DNA of 64,000 nt from Candidatus Woesearchaeota archaeon. GTDB lineage: Archaea; Nanobdellota; Nanobdellia; Woesearchaeales; GCA-2687795. Below the pieces are notes generated by a model. That model did not search any database. It had not been told where the DNA came from and saw nothing but the letters and a program-made list of their open reading frames with translations. The DNA lies in assembly GCA_002687795.1 (NCBI GenBank), contig NZBG01000003.1, positions 24,557 to 88,556 of the forward strand, written 5' to 3'. A program made the position numbers and the translations under genes. Positions 36,626-45,310 of this stretch are shown one piece after another (the first letter of the stretch is position 1; each line of letters opens with the position of its first letter).

Positions 36626-37402
36626 ATGGTAAAGATTGGTATAATCGGTGGCAGTGGACTGGACAATCCGGACATTCTTGAAGACGCAAAAGAAATAGAA
36701 GTTGATACGCCTTATGGAAAACCCTCCTCCTTAAAAACCGGGAAGATAAAAGGTGTTGATGTTGTTCTGATTGCAAGGCATGGAAGAGGACACGAAATAA
36801 CACCCACAAAAGTCAATAACAGGGCTAACATACATGCATTAAAAGAACAGGAATGCACACACATATTAGCAACAACCGCCTGCGGCAGCCTAAGAAAAGA
36901 GATTGATCGCGGCCATTTAGTTGTCTTAGACCAGTTCATCGACTTTACCAGGCATAGGCCTATTACTTTCCATGATACATTCCCCGGAGGCGGAGGAGAG
37001 AATGCAAAGCATACAGCCATGCCCGAGCCCTTTTCAGATGACTTAAGAAAAGCTTTCATTGAGACTGCAAAAGAATTGGGGATAAAGCACCATGAAAAAG
37101 GCACAGTCATCACTATAGAAGGTCCAAGATTCTCTACAAAAGCAGAATCTAATATGTTCAGGGTATGGGGAGCAGATGTGATCAACATGAGCGTTGCTCC
37201 TGAATGTGTATTAGCAAACGAAGCAGGCATACCTTATGCTGCTGTTGCCATGGCTACAGACTATGACAGCTGGGCTGAAGAAGAGGAATCAGTAACATGG
37301 GAAGAAATACTGGGAATATTCAAGCAGAATGTTGAGAAAGTAACAGAATTATTAACAAACACAATCACAAAAATAAAATTAAAAAAAAAGATTCTCTTTT
37401 GA
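36626..37402 (+). CDS. mtnP: S-methyl-5'-thioadenosine phosphorylase
   Basis: [39 protein letters not shown] and GADVINMS motifs. Confidence 0.9.
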   Translation: MVKIGIIGGSGLDNPDILEDAKEIEVDTPYGKPSSLKTGKIKGVDVVLIARHGRGHEITPTKVNNRANIHALKEQECTHILATTACGSLRKEIDRGHLVVLDQFIDFTRHRPITFHDTFPGGGGENAKHTAMPEPFSDDLRKAFIETAKELGIKHHEKGTVITIEGPRFSTKAESNMFRVWGADVINMSVAPECVLANEAGIPYAAVAMATDYDSWAEEEESVTWEEILGIFKQNVEKVTELLTNTITKIKLKKKILF

Positions 37403-37408
37403 GAAAGA

Positions 37409-37495
37409 TTATTTCTTCTTCTTTCTTTTAACAGTTTTTTTCTTAGTGGCCTTCTTCTTTGGCTTTGCCTTAGAACCACAACATCCGCATCCCAT
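37409..37495 (-). CDS. 28-aa Cys-cluster polybasic micro-protein (MGCGCCGSKAKPKKKATKKKTVKRKKKK)
   Basis: ATG at complement 37493-37495 is preceded by GAGGTGA 8 nt upstream and TATTTAAAG about 50 nt upstream. Too short for the ORF track. Confidence 0.4.
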   Translation of the reverse strand: MGCGCCGSKAKPKKKATKKKTVKRKKKK

Positions 37496-37561
37496 TTTTG
37501 TTTTCACCTCATTTAATAATAAGCTATCCCTGAACCTATCCTTTAAATACTTTGTCATTCA

Positions 37562-37987
37562 CTAAACCTCTTCCTTAACATTAACAGTACTCACCATCGT
37601 CAGTGTTTTCTTAATATTCTTATTCTTCCTCAACCCAATAATAAAACCATTAAACTCATCAATATCCTTAAACTTCAGCTTCAGCAACAAATCATACTCT
37701 CCTGTTATCCCAAACACTTCCTTGACACAGGAATTGCTGAAAAAAGATTTAGGCAGATCACTCTCTGTAACAACAAACAAAAACACAATAAAATTCTCAT
37801 CAACAGCCTTATTATCCAGCTTAACAGTAAACCTCTCGATAACACCCTCTTTCTTCAGCCTCTGCATCCTCAGATGAACAGTTGAAGGCCTTAACTTAGT
37901 CAGCTTGGCGATATCTCTAATAGATTTCCTGCTATCCTGCTTAAGGACTTTTATTATCTTAAGGTCTTTTTTATCGAGAATAATCCA
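37562..37987 (-). CDS. Lrp/AsnC-family transcriptional regulator (start codon unresolved)
   Basis: The track ORF (101 aa) has only the RAM domain. The same frame continues upstream through a full HTH (ILDKKDLKIIKVLKQDSRKSIRDIAKLTKLRPSTVHLRMQRLKKEG) to a stop at 37988-37990, with no ATG, GTG or TTG in it. Confidence 0.7.
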   Translation of the reverse strand, partial: WIILDKKDLKIIKVLKQDSRKSIRDIAKLTKLRPSTVHLRMQRLKKEGVIERFTVKLDNKAVDENFIVFLFVVTESDLPKSFFSNSCVKEVFGITGEYDLLLKLKFKDIDEFNGFIIGLRKNKNIKKTLTMVSTVNVKEEV

Positions 37988-38105
37988 TTATATGTCCAAT
38001 TATTATTTAAATCTTTCCAATTTGTCCAGTATTTAGGAATAAAAATGGATAAATTAAGGTTTTCTGGCAAAAGAATATATAAATATCAAATATTCACACC
38101 CAATT

Positions 38106-38576
38106 ATGCAAATAACAAAACTAGAAGAAAAGGACATTGAAGAGATATCAAGTTTAGCTTTAGACTTATACAGGAAGTTCGATGCAATGGACGAAGCTGA
38201 TAAGCTGGACGAACCTAACTTTAAAGAGAAGATGATAGAAGAACTCAAAGAATTCATCCAAAAAGATAACAATTTACTACTCACAGCAACAGAAGACGGA
38301 AAGATAATTGGCTATATTAGAGGCATCATCAAGACAAGACACCCGGAATTTAAGATAAAAAAAGAAGGCTACATACAGGAATGCTACATTAATCAGGAAC
38401 ATAGGAATAAAGGGATTGGAAAATCTCTTGCTAAACAAATATTAAAATGGTTCAACGAGAACAGCATAACTTTCATCACAGTCAGCATATACCATTCAGA
38501 TATTGAAGCAAACGATTTCTGGAAAAAGATTGGATTTATTGAATATAATAAGACATTAAAACTAGGGGGAAAATAA
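38106..38576 (+). CDS. GNAT-family N-acetyltransferase
   Basis: [22 protein letters not shown] acetyl-CoA binding motif (Q/RxxGxG/A). Confidence 0.8.
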   Translation: MQITKLEEKDIEEISSLALDLYRKFDAMDEADKLDEPNFKEKMIEELKEFIQKDNNLLLTATEDGKIIGYIRGIIKTRHPEFKIKKEGYIQECYINQEHRNKGIGKSLAKQILKWFNENSITFITVSIYHSDIEANDFWKKIGFIEYNKTLKLGGK

Positions 38577-38577
38577 A

Positions 38578-39999
38578 ATGGATGAAACTGAAAATTATAA
38601 GGTAAAAGACATCAATCTCGCAGAATTTGGAAGAAAAGAGATACAAATAGCAGAAAAGGAAATGCCCGGCCTGATGGCAACTAGAGAAAAATACGGACCA
38701 GAAAAGCCATTAAAAGGCGCAAGAATCACAGGCAGTTTGCACATGACAATCCAGACAGCTGTCCTTATAGAAACCCTAACAGAACTAGGAGCTGAAGTCA
38801 GATGGGCTTCCTGCAACATATTCTCAACGCAGGACCATGCAGCAGCAGCCATTGCAAAATCCGGCGTACCAGTATTTGCCTGGAAAGGAGAATCATTAAA
38901 AGATTACTGGTTATGCACAGAGCGTGCTCTTAACTTTGGAGACGGAAAAGGCCCTAACCTTATTGTTGACGACGGTGGAGACGCTACCTTAATGATCCAC
39001 AAAGGCGTTGACATTGAAAAAGACCCCTCTTTACTAGACAAAGATTACAGCAACGAAGGAGAAGACTTCAAAGAATTAATGGCCTGCCTCAAAGAAGAAT
39101 ACAATAAAGACAAAGAAAGATGGCAGAAAGCTGCAAAAGAAGTCAAAGGAGTCTCTGAAGAAACAACAACCGGCGTTCACAGGCTTTACCAGATGATGGA
39201 AGAAGGAAAACTATTATTCCCCGCTATAAACGTCAACGATTCTGTAACAAAATCAAAATTTGATAATGTATATGGTTGCAGGCACTCTTTAGTAGACGGC
39301 ATCAAAAGAGCAATGGATGTTCTCTTATCAGGCAAGACTGCAATGGTATGCGGCTATGGAGATGTTGGAAAAGGTTCAGCAGAATCTTTAAAAAATGAGA
39401 AGGCGAAGGTTATGGTATCTGAGGTTGACCCAATCTGCGCTTTACAGGCATGCATGGCAGGAATTAAGGTATGCACAGTGGAAGATGCCCTGCCGGAAGC
39501 TGATTTATATGTCACAACAACAGGCAACAGGGACATTATAACAGCAGAGCACATGAGCAGGATGAAAGATCAGGCAATTGTCTGTAATATAGGCCACTTT
39601 GACAATGAAATCCAGGTATCAAAACTCGAAAAATGGCCTGGAATAAAAAAAGAAGAAATCAAAGGCAGCGAATGCCCTGTGCACAGATACACCTTTGAAG
39701 ACGGGCATTCGATTTACTTATTAGCAGAAGGAAGGCTGATAAACCTGGGCTGTGCAACAGGCCATCCAAGCTTTGTAATGAGCAACTCATTCACAAACCA
39801 AACACTTGCCCAGATAGACCTCTGGACAAAAGAGCATAAGTTAGGAGTTTCCATGCTCTCAAAAGAGCTGGACGAAGAGGTTGCAAGGCTGCACTTAGAA
39901 AAGCTGGGGGCAAAATTAACCAAATTAACTCCGGAACAAGCAGAATATATAGGAGTTAAGGTTGAAGGCCCTTACAAGCCAGAACATTATAGGTACTAG
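38578..39999 (+). CDS. ahcY: adenosylhomocysteinase
   Basis: [49 protein letters not shown] and HFDNEI signatures. Confidence 0.95.
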   Translation: MDETENYKVKDINLAEFGRKEIQIAEKEMPGLMATREKYGPEKPLKGARITGSLHMTIQTAVLIETLTELGAEVRWASCNIFSTQDHAAAAIAKSGVPVFAWKGESLKDYWLCTERALNFGDGKGPNLIVDDGGDATLMIHKGVDIEKDPSLLDKDYSNEGEDFKELMACLKEEYNKDKERWQKAAKEVKGVSEETTTGVHRLYQMMEEGKLLFPAINVNDSVTKSKFDNVYGCRHSLVDGIKRAMDVLLSGKTAMVCGYGDVGKGSAESLKNEKAKVMVSEVDPICALQACMAGIKVCTVEDALPEADLYVTTTGNRDIITAEHMSRMKDQAIVCNIGHFDNEIQVSKLEKWPGIKKEEIKGSECPVHRYTFEDGHSIYLLAEGRLINLGCATGHPSFVMSNSFTNQTLAQIDLWTKEHKLGVSMLSKELDEEVARLHLEKLGAKLTKLTPEQAEYIGVKVEGPYKPEHYRY

Positions 40000-40033
40000 A
40001 AATTCAGCATCTTAGCAGAAAAGCCCCTGATAT

Positions 40034-40486
40034 TCAGGCTGCTGCCTCTTCTATTTCTTCTTCTTTTTCTAAATTCTTAAGGATATAATCTAATCTTTCA
40101 ATCTTTTTCTCTATCGCTTCGCAATAATCCATCTTGCCTCTTATCTTCTCAAAAATATCCCTGCATAGAAATTTAATACGCTTTTTAATTGTTATATCTC
40201 CTGGCTTAGCACCCAACCTGTTAAGAAGCTTTATTATTTCTCTTATTTTAAGCTCAATTTCTTCATTATCTTTATCTAACTCTTTTTCCTCTTTAAGCAG
40301 TCTCTTTACATTTATCCTGAAATAACCTTTTGTTTTTCCCCTGACCAAATCAAGGTGTTCTTGCTTAAAACTATATCCCTCTAGCCTTTTTGCCCATATT
40401 ACAAAATGCCCTGGATCATCAGTAAGATCAATGCTTCTTGCTAAGCCATCAATAATATCATGGAGTCTTTTTTTTTCTTCATCCAT
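40034..40486 (-). CDS. hypothetical helical protein, likely co-transcribed with the KaiC-like ATPase
   Basis: 150 aa, charged and helical, 17 nt downstream of the ATPase gene. No recognisable family. Confidence 0.45.
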   Translation of the reverse strand: MDEEKKRLHDIIDGLARSIDLTDDPGHFVIWAKRLEGYSFKQEHLDLVRGKTKGYFRINVKRLLKEEKELDKDNEEIELKIREIIKLLNRLGAKPGDITIKKRIKFLCRDIFEKIRGKMDYCEAIEKKIERLDYILKNLEKEEEIEEAAA

Positions 40487-40503
40487 TATCTTAATTTCCT
40501 CCT

Positions 40504-41202
40504 CTAAACCTCAACAACATCATTAGGGTTAATAACAATCCCTTTTTCAGTTATATCAAAACCAAGAACCTTTCTCACATGCTTGGTTCCTCTCATTTTC
40601 ACTACTTCAATAGCCCTTTTCCTTTTCCCCTTTGTTTTAGCATTATACAAAAAAACCATTGAATCAGCCTCAAACTCCAGTTCAGTTGAGATTGCATTCT
40701 CCATATGGACCAATTCATCTTCCGCAGTAAAAACAGCTGTATACCCCCATCTTCTAATCAGTTCAAAGAGCTTTAAGCAAGCCTGTTTTCTTTCATATTC
40801 ATTCTGATATAACAAGGAGAAAGATGAAATAGAATCTATAACAATCCTTTTGCCTTTAACCTTCTCTATCGTCTCATCCAACACTCCCCCGCCCTCTGCA
40901 ACCAGTTCCTTTACCATCTCCGGGGCATACTGCAACAAAACAAACTTACCGCTTTTCTCGAGTTCCTCAAGATCCCAGCCAAATTGCAGCATATTACTGA
41001 TTATCTGATTCCTCTCTTCTTCAAAGGTAATATAAACGCAGTTCTCATTAAATCCTATTATGCCGTTAACCAGAAACTGAATCGCAAACGTGCTCTTGCC
41101 TGTGCCAGCAGGCCCGCACACAAGATTGATGCTTTTTTCTTTAAACCCTCCCTTGACCATCTTATCAAACCCTGGAATGCCAGTTGGAACTCTTTTTATC
41201 AT
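40504..41202 (-). CDS. KaiC/RadA-like single-domain RecA-superfamily ATPase
   Basis: VPTGIPGFDKMVKGGF..., Walker A GPAGTGKST, and Walker B RIVIDSIS. Confidence 0.8.
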   Translation of the reverse strand: MIKRVPTGIPGFDKMVKGGFKEKSINLVCGPAGTGKSTFAIQFLVNGIIGFNENCVYITFEEERNQIISNMLQFGWDLEELEKSGKFVLLQYAPEMVKELVAEGGGVLDETIEKVKGKRIVIDSISSFSLLYQNEYERKQACLKLFELIRRWGYTAVFTAEDELVHMENAISTELEFEADSMVFLYNAKTKGKRKRAIEVVKMRGTKHVRKVLGFDITEKGIVINPNDVVEV

Positions 41203-41280
41203 AATATTTGATAGTTAAAACCCTAATTATTTAAATCTTTTTAGAAAAAATTAAATAGATAGCTAAATTCACTAATCAAA

Positions 41281-42282
41281 ATGGAAGAAGAATTTGATAT
41301 TGAAACCTATGATACGGAAAATATGTACGATGTTCTAAAGAATTTTCCCAAGCAGATGGAAGAGGCCTCTAAACTGGGAAAAGACATTAAAATAAGCGAT
41401 AAGGTCGACAACATAATAATCACCGGCATGGGCGGCTCTGCCTTGCCTGGAGAAATCCTTAAATCCTTCTTTTACTCTACAAGCATACCTATATTTGTAA
41501 ACAAAGGCTATTCTTTGCCTGAATTTACAAACATGAGGTCTTTAGTGTTTGTTATATCCTACTCAGGCAACACTGAAGAAACAATCTATGCTTACAGGAA
41601 TGCCTTAAGAAAAGGAGCCCATATAATTGTTATAGCCTCTGACGGGAAACTGGAAGAGCTGGCCACAAAACAAAGGCAAATACTTATCAAAGTCCCGGAA
41701 GGCATACAGCCAAGATCTGCCTATGCTTATCTGTTCCTACCCATATTAAATGTGTTAATGAACTCAAAGATAATAAGCGATATCTCCGGGGACATAGAAA
41801 AAACCATAAACACCCTGAAAAAGCCTATCTTTGAAGAAAGAGCAAAAGATATAGCCAGGAAGCTGGAAGGAAAAATACCCTTGATATACTCCTCAGACAG
41901 GTTATATGCTATTGCCTATAAATGGAAGATAGATTTTAATGAAAACAGCAAGGTGCATGCATTCTGCAACATGCTCCCTGAGCTGAACCATAATGAAATA
42001 GTTGGCTACACAAATGTTATAGGAGATTACCATGTTATCCTTATAAAAGATGAAGATGACCATATGAGAATCAGGAAAAGGTTTGATATAACCAAAGAGA
42101 TAATAAAAAAGAAAGGAATATCTGTAACAGAGATCATGCTAAGAGGAGGCAGCACCCTCACAAAGATATTCTCTGCGATTTATATCGGCGACTGGGCATC
42201 TTACTACCTTGCATTAAAATATGAAACAGACCCAAGTCCCGTCAAGATTGTTGAAGACCTCAAGAAAAGGTTAAAGCAATAG
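41281..42282 (+). CDS. bifunctional phosphoglucose/phosphomannose isomerase (SIS family)
   Basis: ITGMGGSALPGEIL, ISYSGNTEET, and a C-terminal pattern like the archaeal PGI/PMI family. Confidence 0.75.
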   Translation: MEEEFDIETYDTENMYDVLKNFPKQMEEASKLGKDIKISDKVDNIIITGMGGSALPGEILKSFFYSTSIPIFVNKGYSLPEFTNMRSLVFVISYSGNTEETIYAYRNALRKGAHIIVIASDGKLEELATKQRQILIKVPEGIQPRSAYAYLFLPILNVLMNSKIISDISGDIEKTINTLKKPIFEERAKDIARKLEGKIPLIYSSDRLYAIAYKWKIDFNENSKVHAFCNMLPELNHNEIVGYTNVIGDYHVILIKDEDDHMRIRKRFDITKEIIKKKGISVTEIMLRGGSTLTKIFSAIYIGDWASYYLALKYETDPSPVKIVEDLKKRLKQ

Positions 42283-42305
42283 AATTCTAAAGAAAGAAAA
42301 TAAAA

Positions 42306-42329
42306 TGGGCCCAACGGGACTTTCAAAAC
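42306..42329 (-). pseudogene. isolated tRNA 3'-exon-like fragment with T-loop-intron-like leader
   Basis: The reverse complement reads ...AGTTTTGAAAG|T CCCGT TGGGCCC A. This matches the tRNA-Ile intron/3'-exon junction GGTTTGAAAG|T CTCCG CGGGCCC A. No matching 5' part is nearby. Confidence 0.4.
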
Positions 42330-42421
42330 TGATTTACCTATTAATTTCTCAATCTAATCTCAACACCTCATATTCTCCAAAAACAAAAGATTTAATTATT
42401 ATAAAAAATGAGGCAATATAA

Positions 42422-43165
42422 ATGAAATTAGATATCTCGAAAGTTAATCTAAGTAGATTTGATATTAAAAGAGAATTAACCTTGCCGCAGGAAATGTCAG
42501 AAAAGTTAGCCGAAGATATAGGAATAATGATAGGTGACGGCCATATTGGATCATATATCTTAAAGAAGAAAGAATATCAGATATATGTTTCAGGAAATGC
42601 TTATTTAGACAAAGATTATATATCTAATCATGTCAGAAAATTAAAGAAGGATTTGTATAATCTTGCCTTTCCAGTTTCAGTTGTTGGAAGAAATAAAAGC
42701 GAAATTAGATTAAAGATTTGTTCTAAGGGTTTAGTAGGATTTTATAATAAGATTATTGGCTTACCTGTAAATAAGAAAGAAAATATAGGAATCCCCGATT
42801 GTATATGGGAAAAAAAGAAGTACTTAACCTCATGTTTAAGAGGTATCATTGATACAGATTTCTCATTATGTTTCAAGAAAGTGGAAAAGTACCCAGTGAT
42901 GCATTTAAAAACGTGTAGCATGAGACTAGTACGTGACTGTAAAAAAGCTCTTCAAAAATTAGGGATTAAAGCTAATTCATATTATAACATCTTAGAATAT
43001 CATAAAGTAACTAGAAACAATTTTGTAACTAATTACTTATATATCAACGGAAGGAAGAAATTAAGAAAAGCTGTTGAAGAGATTGGTTTTCATAGTGACC
43101 GTCTAAATGAAAAAATACGGGCCCACAGGGATTCGAACCCTGGACCTAATGAGCGAAGCTTTTGA
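42422..43165 (+). CDS. double-motif LAGLIDADG homing endonuclease-like protein
   Basis: Motif 1 is LAEDIGIMIGDGHIG and motif 2 is LRGIIDTDFSL. The last 16 codons run antisense into the tRNA at 43118-43248. Confidence 0.75.
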   Translation: MKLDISKVNLSRFDIKRELTLPQEMSEKLAEDIGIMIGDGHIGSYILKKKEYQIYVSGNAYLDKDYISNHVRKLKKDLYNLAFPVSVVGRNKSEIRLKICSKGLVGFYNKIIGLPVNKKENIGIPDCIWEKKKYLTSCLRGIIDTDFSLCFKKVEKYPVMHLKTCSMRLVRDCKKALQKLGIKANSYYNILEYHKVTRNNFVTNYLYINGRKKLRKAVEEIGFHSDRLNEKIRAHRDSNPGPNERSF

Positions 43166-43248
43166 CTTCTTTGCTCACTCCATTGCCTATTAAGAGGCAA
43201 TCGCTCTCTCTGGGGCTTATAAGCCTAACCAGGCTGAGCTATGGGCCC
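43118..43248 (-). tRNA. tRNA with at least two non-canonical introns; probable Lys (CTT), anticodon loop atypical
   Basis: Reverse complement: GGGCCCA TA GCTC AGCCTGGT[TAGGCTTATAAGCCCCAGAG]A GAGC G ATTGC CTCTTAA TAG GCAAT [GGAGTGAGCAAAGAAGTCAAAAGCTTCGCTCATT] AGGTC CAGGG TTCGAAT CCCTG TGGGCCC G. CTCTTAA is the standard Lys-CUU loop, but 3 extra nt (TAG) remain unexplained. Confidence 0.65.
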
Positions 43249-43358
43249 ATAACAGAAAGAGAATAAGATTTGTTTAAATATCTTTCTGCCTTTAATCAGA
43301 ATTATTAACTTAGTTTTCCATAGAAAATCTTAAATAAAGAATCTTTTTTATTTCTTCA

Positions 43359-44009
43359 ATGGCAGTAAGATTCGATAAAAAGAGAATATTTGGTAAAGAA
43401 TACTACTATGGACATAAGTTATCAAATTACTTTAATTATGAGAAGACTAATACTTCAAGAGCATTTAAAAGAATAATATCATTTATTGAAGTAGAAGGGC
43501 TCCAAGGAAAATATTTAGATATAGGTTGCGCTTTTGGATTTTTAATAAAGGAAGTTTCTTGTTTTTTTGATGAGGTATATGGCTGTGATATATCAGAATT
43601 TGCAATAAACAAAGCAAAGAATTATGTTCCATATGCTGACTTGAGAATTGTAGATCTTGATGAATCACTACCACATCCAAAGGAATATTTTGACTGTATA
43701 ACCGCAATGGATGTTTTAGAACACACAAAAGATTTCAAAAAGAACTTTGAAAAACTTATTAAAAGGGTAAAAAAAGGAGGGTATTTAATTGTATCTTCTC
43801 CTATCGATGCATGGCCTTATAGGTTTTTTGGATTTTTAGATAATGATAAAACTCATATTTCAGTTTTGAAAGAGAAACAAATAATTGATGTAATTAATAA
43901 AAATAGTATGGAAATAATCAAAAAGAGTTATTTCAGTCCATTTCCTTTGCTTTATAAGATTCCTTTTATCCCTTTTGAGATTGAATTAATTTTAAGAAAA
44001 AGCTTCTAA
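43359..44009 (+). CDS. class I SAM-dependent methyltransferase
   Basis: Motif I YLDIGCAFGFL, with post-I and motif II (DCITAMDVLEH). Confidence 0.8.
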   Translation: MAVRFDKKRIFGKEYYYGHKLSNYFNYEKTNTSRAFKRIISFIEVEGLQGKYLDIGCAFGFLIKEVSCFFDEVYGCDISEFAINKAKNYVPYADLRIVDLDESLPHPKEYFDCITAMDVLEHTKDFKKNFEKLIKRVKKGGYLIVSSPIDAWPYRFFGFLDNDKTHISVLKEKQIIDVINKNSMEIIKKSYFSPFPLLYKIPFIPFEIELILRKSF

Positions 44010-44014
44010 ATAGG

Positions 44015-44302
44015 TTAATCGACTGTAAATAATCTTGAGTCTCGGTTAACATCAAATAAACCAAGTCTAGCCCCGGCATCCAGCCAGCCATGAGCATAAT
44101 TAATAGCAGCAAACGCTGTAACAAAGTCACCCTTCTCCTTAAAGAACAAAGCATCCTTATAATACCTTGAAGCCATATCTAAGAAATCCTCACCTGCCTT
44201 CTCAAAGTCCACTTTGCCCTTCTTAACCAGCTTAACCTTCTTAATAGCTTTTGAAGTAAGCTTAAGATACTTATCAAGCTTTTTATCAGTAATTTTGTCC
44301 AT
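44015..44302 (-). CDS. small conserved archaeal protein (DUF357-like, tentative)
   Basis: YYKDALFFKEKGDFVTAFAAINYAHGWLDAGARLGL resembles the DUF357 pattern as I remember it. Confidence 0.4.
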   Translation of the reverse strand: MDKITDKKLDKYLKLTSKAIKKVKLVKKGKVDFEKAGEDFLDMASRYYKDALFFKEKGDFVTAFAAINYAHGWLDAGARLGLFDVNRDSRLFTVD

Positions 44303-44303
44303 T

Positions 44304-45209
44304 TTATTTATTATTCAATACAATCTTTTTGAACGATTTATTTATATTATCAAACCTTCTCTTAAGCTTTTCTAATTGTTGCTTATAATTTTCAGTTAAG
44401 TTTCCAATAATATATTTTCTTGTGAATATTTTATATTCATTGTTCATCCTAATTAGTCTTTGTTCCAGTCTTCTTAACTTTATATTCAATATTCTTTTTC
44501 TTTTTTTATCAAATTTGCTAAATTCATAATCAATAGTGTCTTTTCTTATTTCACCTCTGAATTTCCTGTACATTTCTACTCGCAGATATTTCCAAATCAG
44601 ATTAAGCCTGCCCTCTTTTATTAATCTTCTTACACTTACCATGATTTCTGTTGATTTAAGAATCTTTAAAGGCCTAAACCTCGATGCTCTCTTAACAAAG
44701 TCATGGTCCTCCGCGAGCTTAACTGATTCATCAAAGCCATTAATTCTCATAAAAAGCCTTTTAGAAACAAATATACAATATCCAGGTGCATGCGGGTCTT
44801 CTGTAAACTGATGAAGCTTAATATAAATATTAGCTAAATCATGCATAATCTTATCTATCAGGAGACTTGATAATGGCTTGGACCCGCAAGTAGCTAAATC
44901 CAAATATTTTTCTTGCATTTCGTGATAGACTTTCTTAAGAAAATCTTCAGGCAGCTTAACATCCGCATCCATAAAAAAAAGAAAATCTCCCTTTGCAGCC
45001 TTGGCTCCCGCATTCCTGCCAGCTCCCGGCAATCCCCCTTTCACAACCTTCGCCCCATACTTTCTGGCAATCTTGGGGGTATTATCTGTTGAGTTAGCAT
45101 CAGCAACAATAATCTCATAATCCTTAAAGCTTTGGTTCTTTATGCTCTCCAACAACCTTGGGAGGCATTTATCCTCATTTAATGCAGGAATTATAATACT
45201 AATTTTCAT
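44304..45209 (-). CDS. family 2 glycosyltransferase
   Basis: ISIIIPALNE..., IIVADANSTDNT, and a DAD (DxD) in FFMDADVKLP. Confidence 0.85.
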   Translation of the reverse strand: MKISIIIPALNEDKCLPRLLESIKNQSFKDYEIIVADANSTDNTPKIARKYGAKVVKGGLPGAGRNAGAKAAKGDFLFFMDADVKLPEDFLKKVYHEMQEKYLDLATCGSKPLSSLLIDKIMHDLANIYIKLHQFTEDPHAPGYCIFVSKRLFMRINGFDESVKLAEDHDFVKRASRFRPLKILKSTEIMVSVRRLIKEGRLNLIWKYLRVEMYRKFRGEIRKDTIDYEFSKFDKKRKRILNIKLRRLEQRLIRMNNEYKIFTRKYIIGNLTENYKQQLEKLKRRFDNINKSFKKIVLNNK

Positions 45210-45310
45210 TTTACTCTATTTTCCTAAAAAGCAATAAGAGATTAAATAGTTTTTGATTTTTGGCTTTGGCAGGATAGAATAATTTATAAATCAATTAATA
45301 AAACTAAAAA

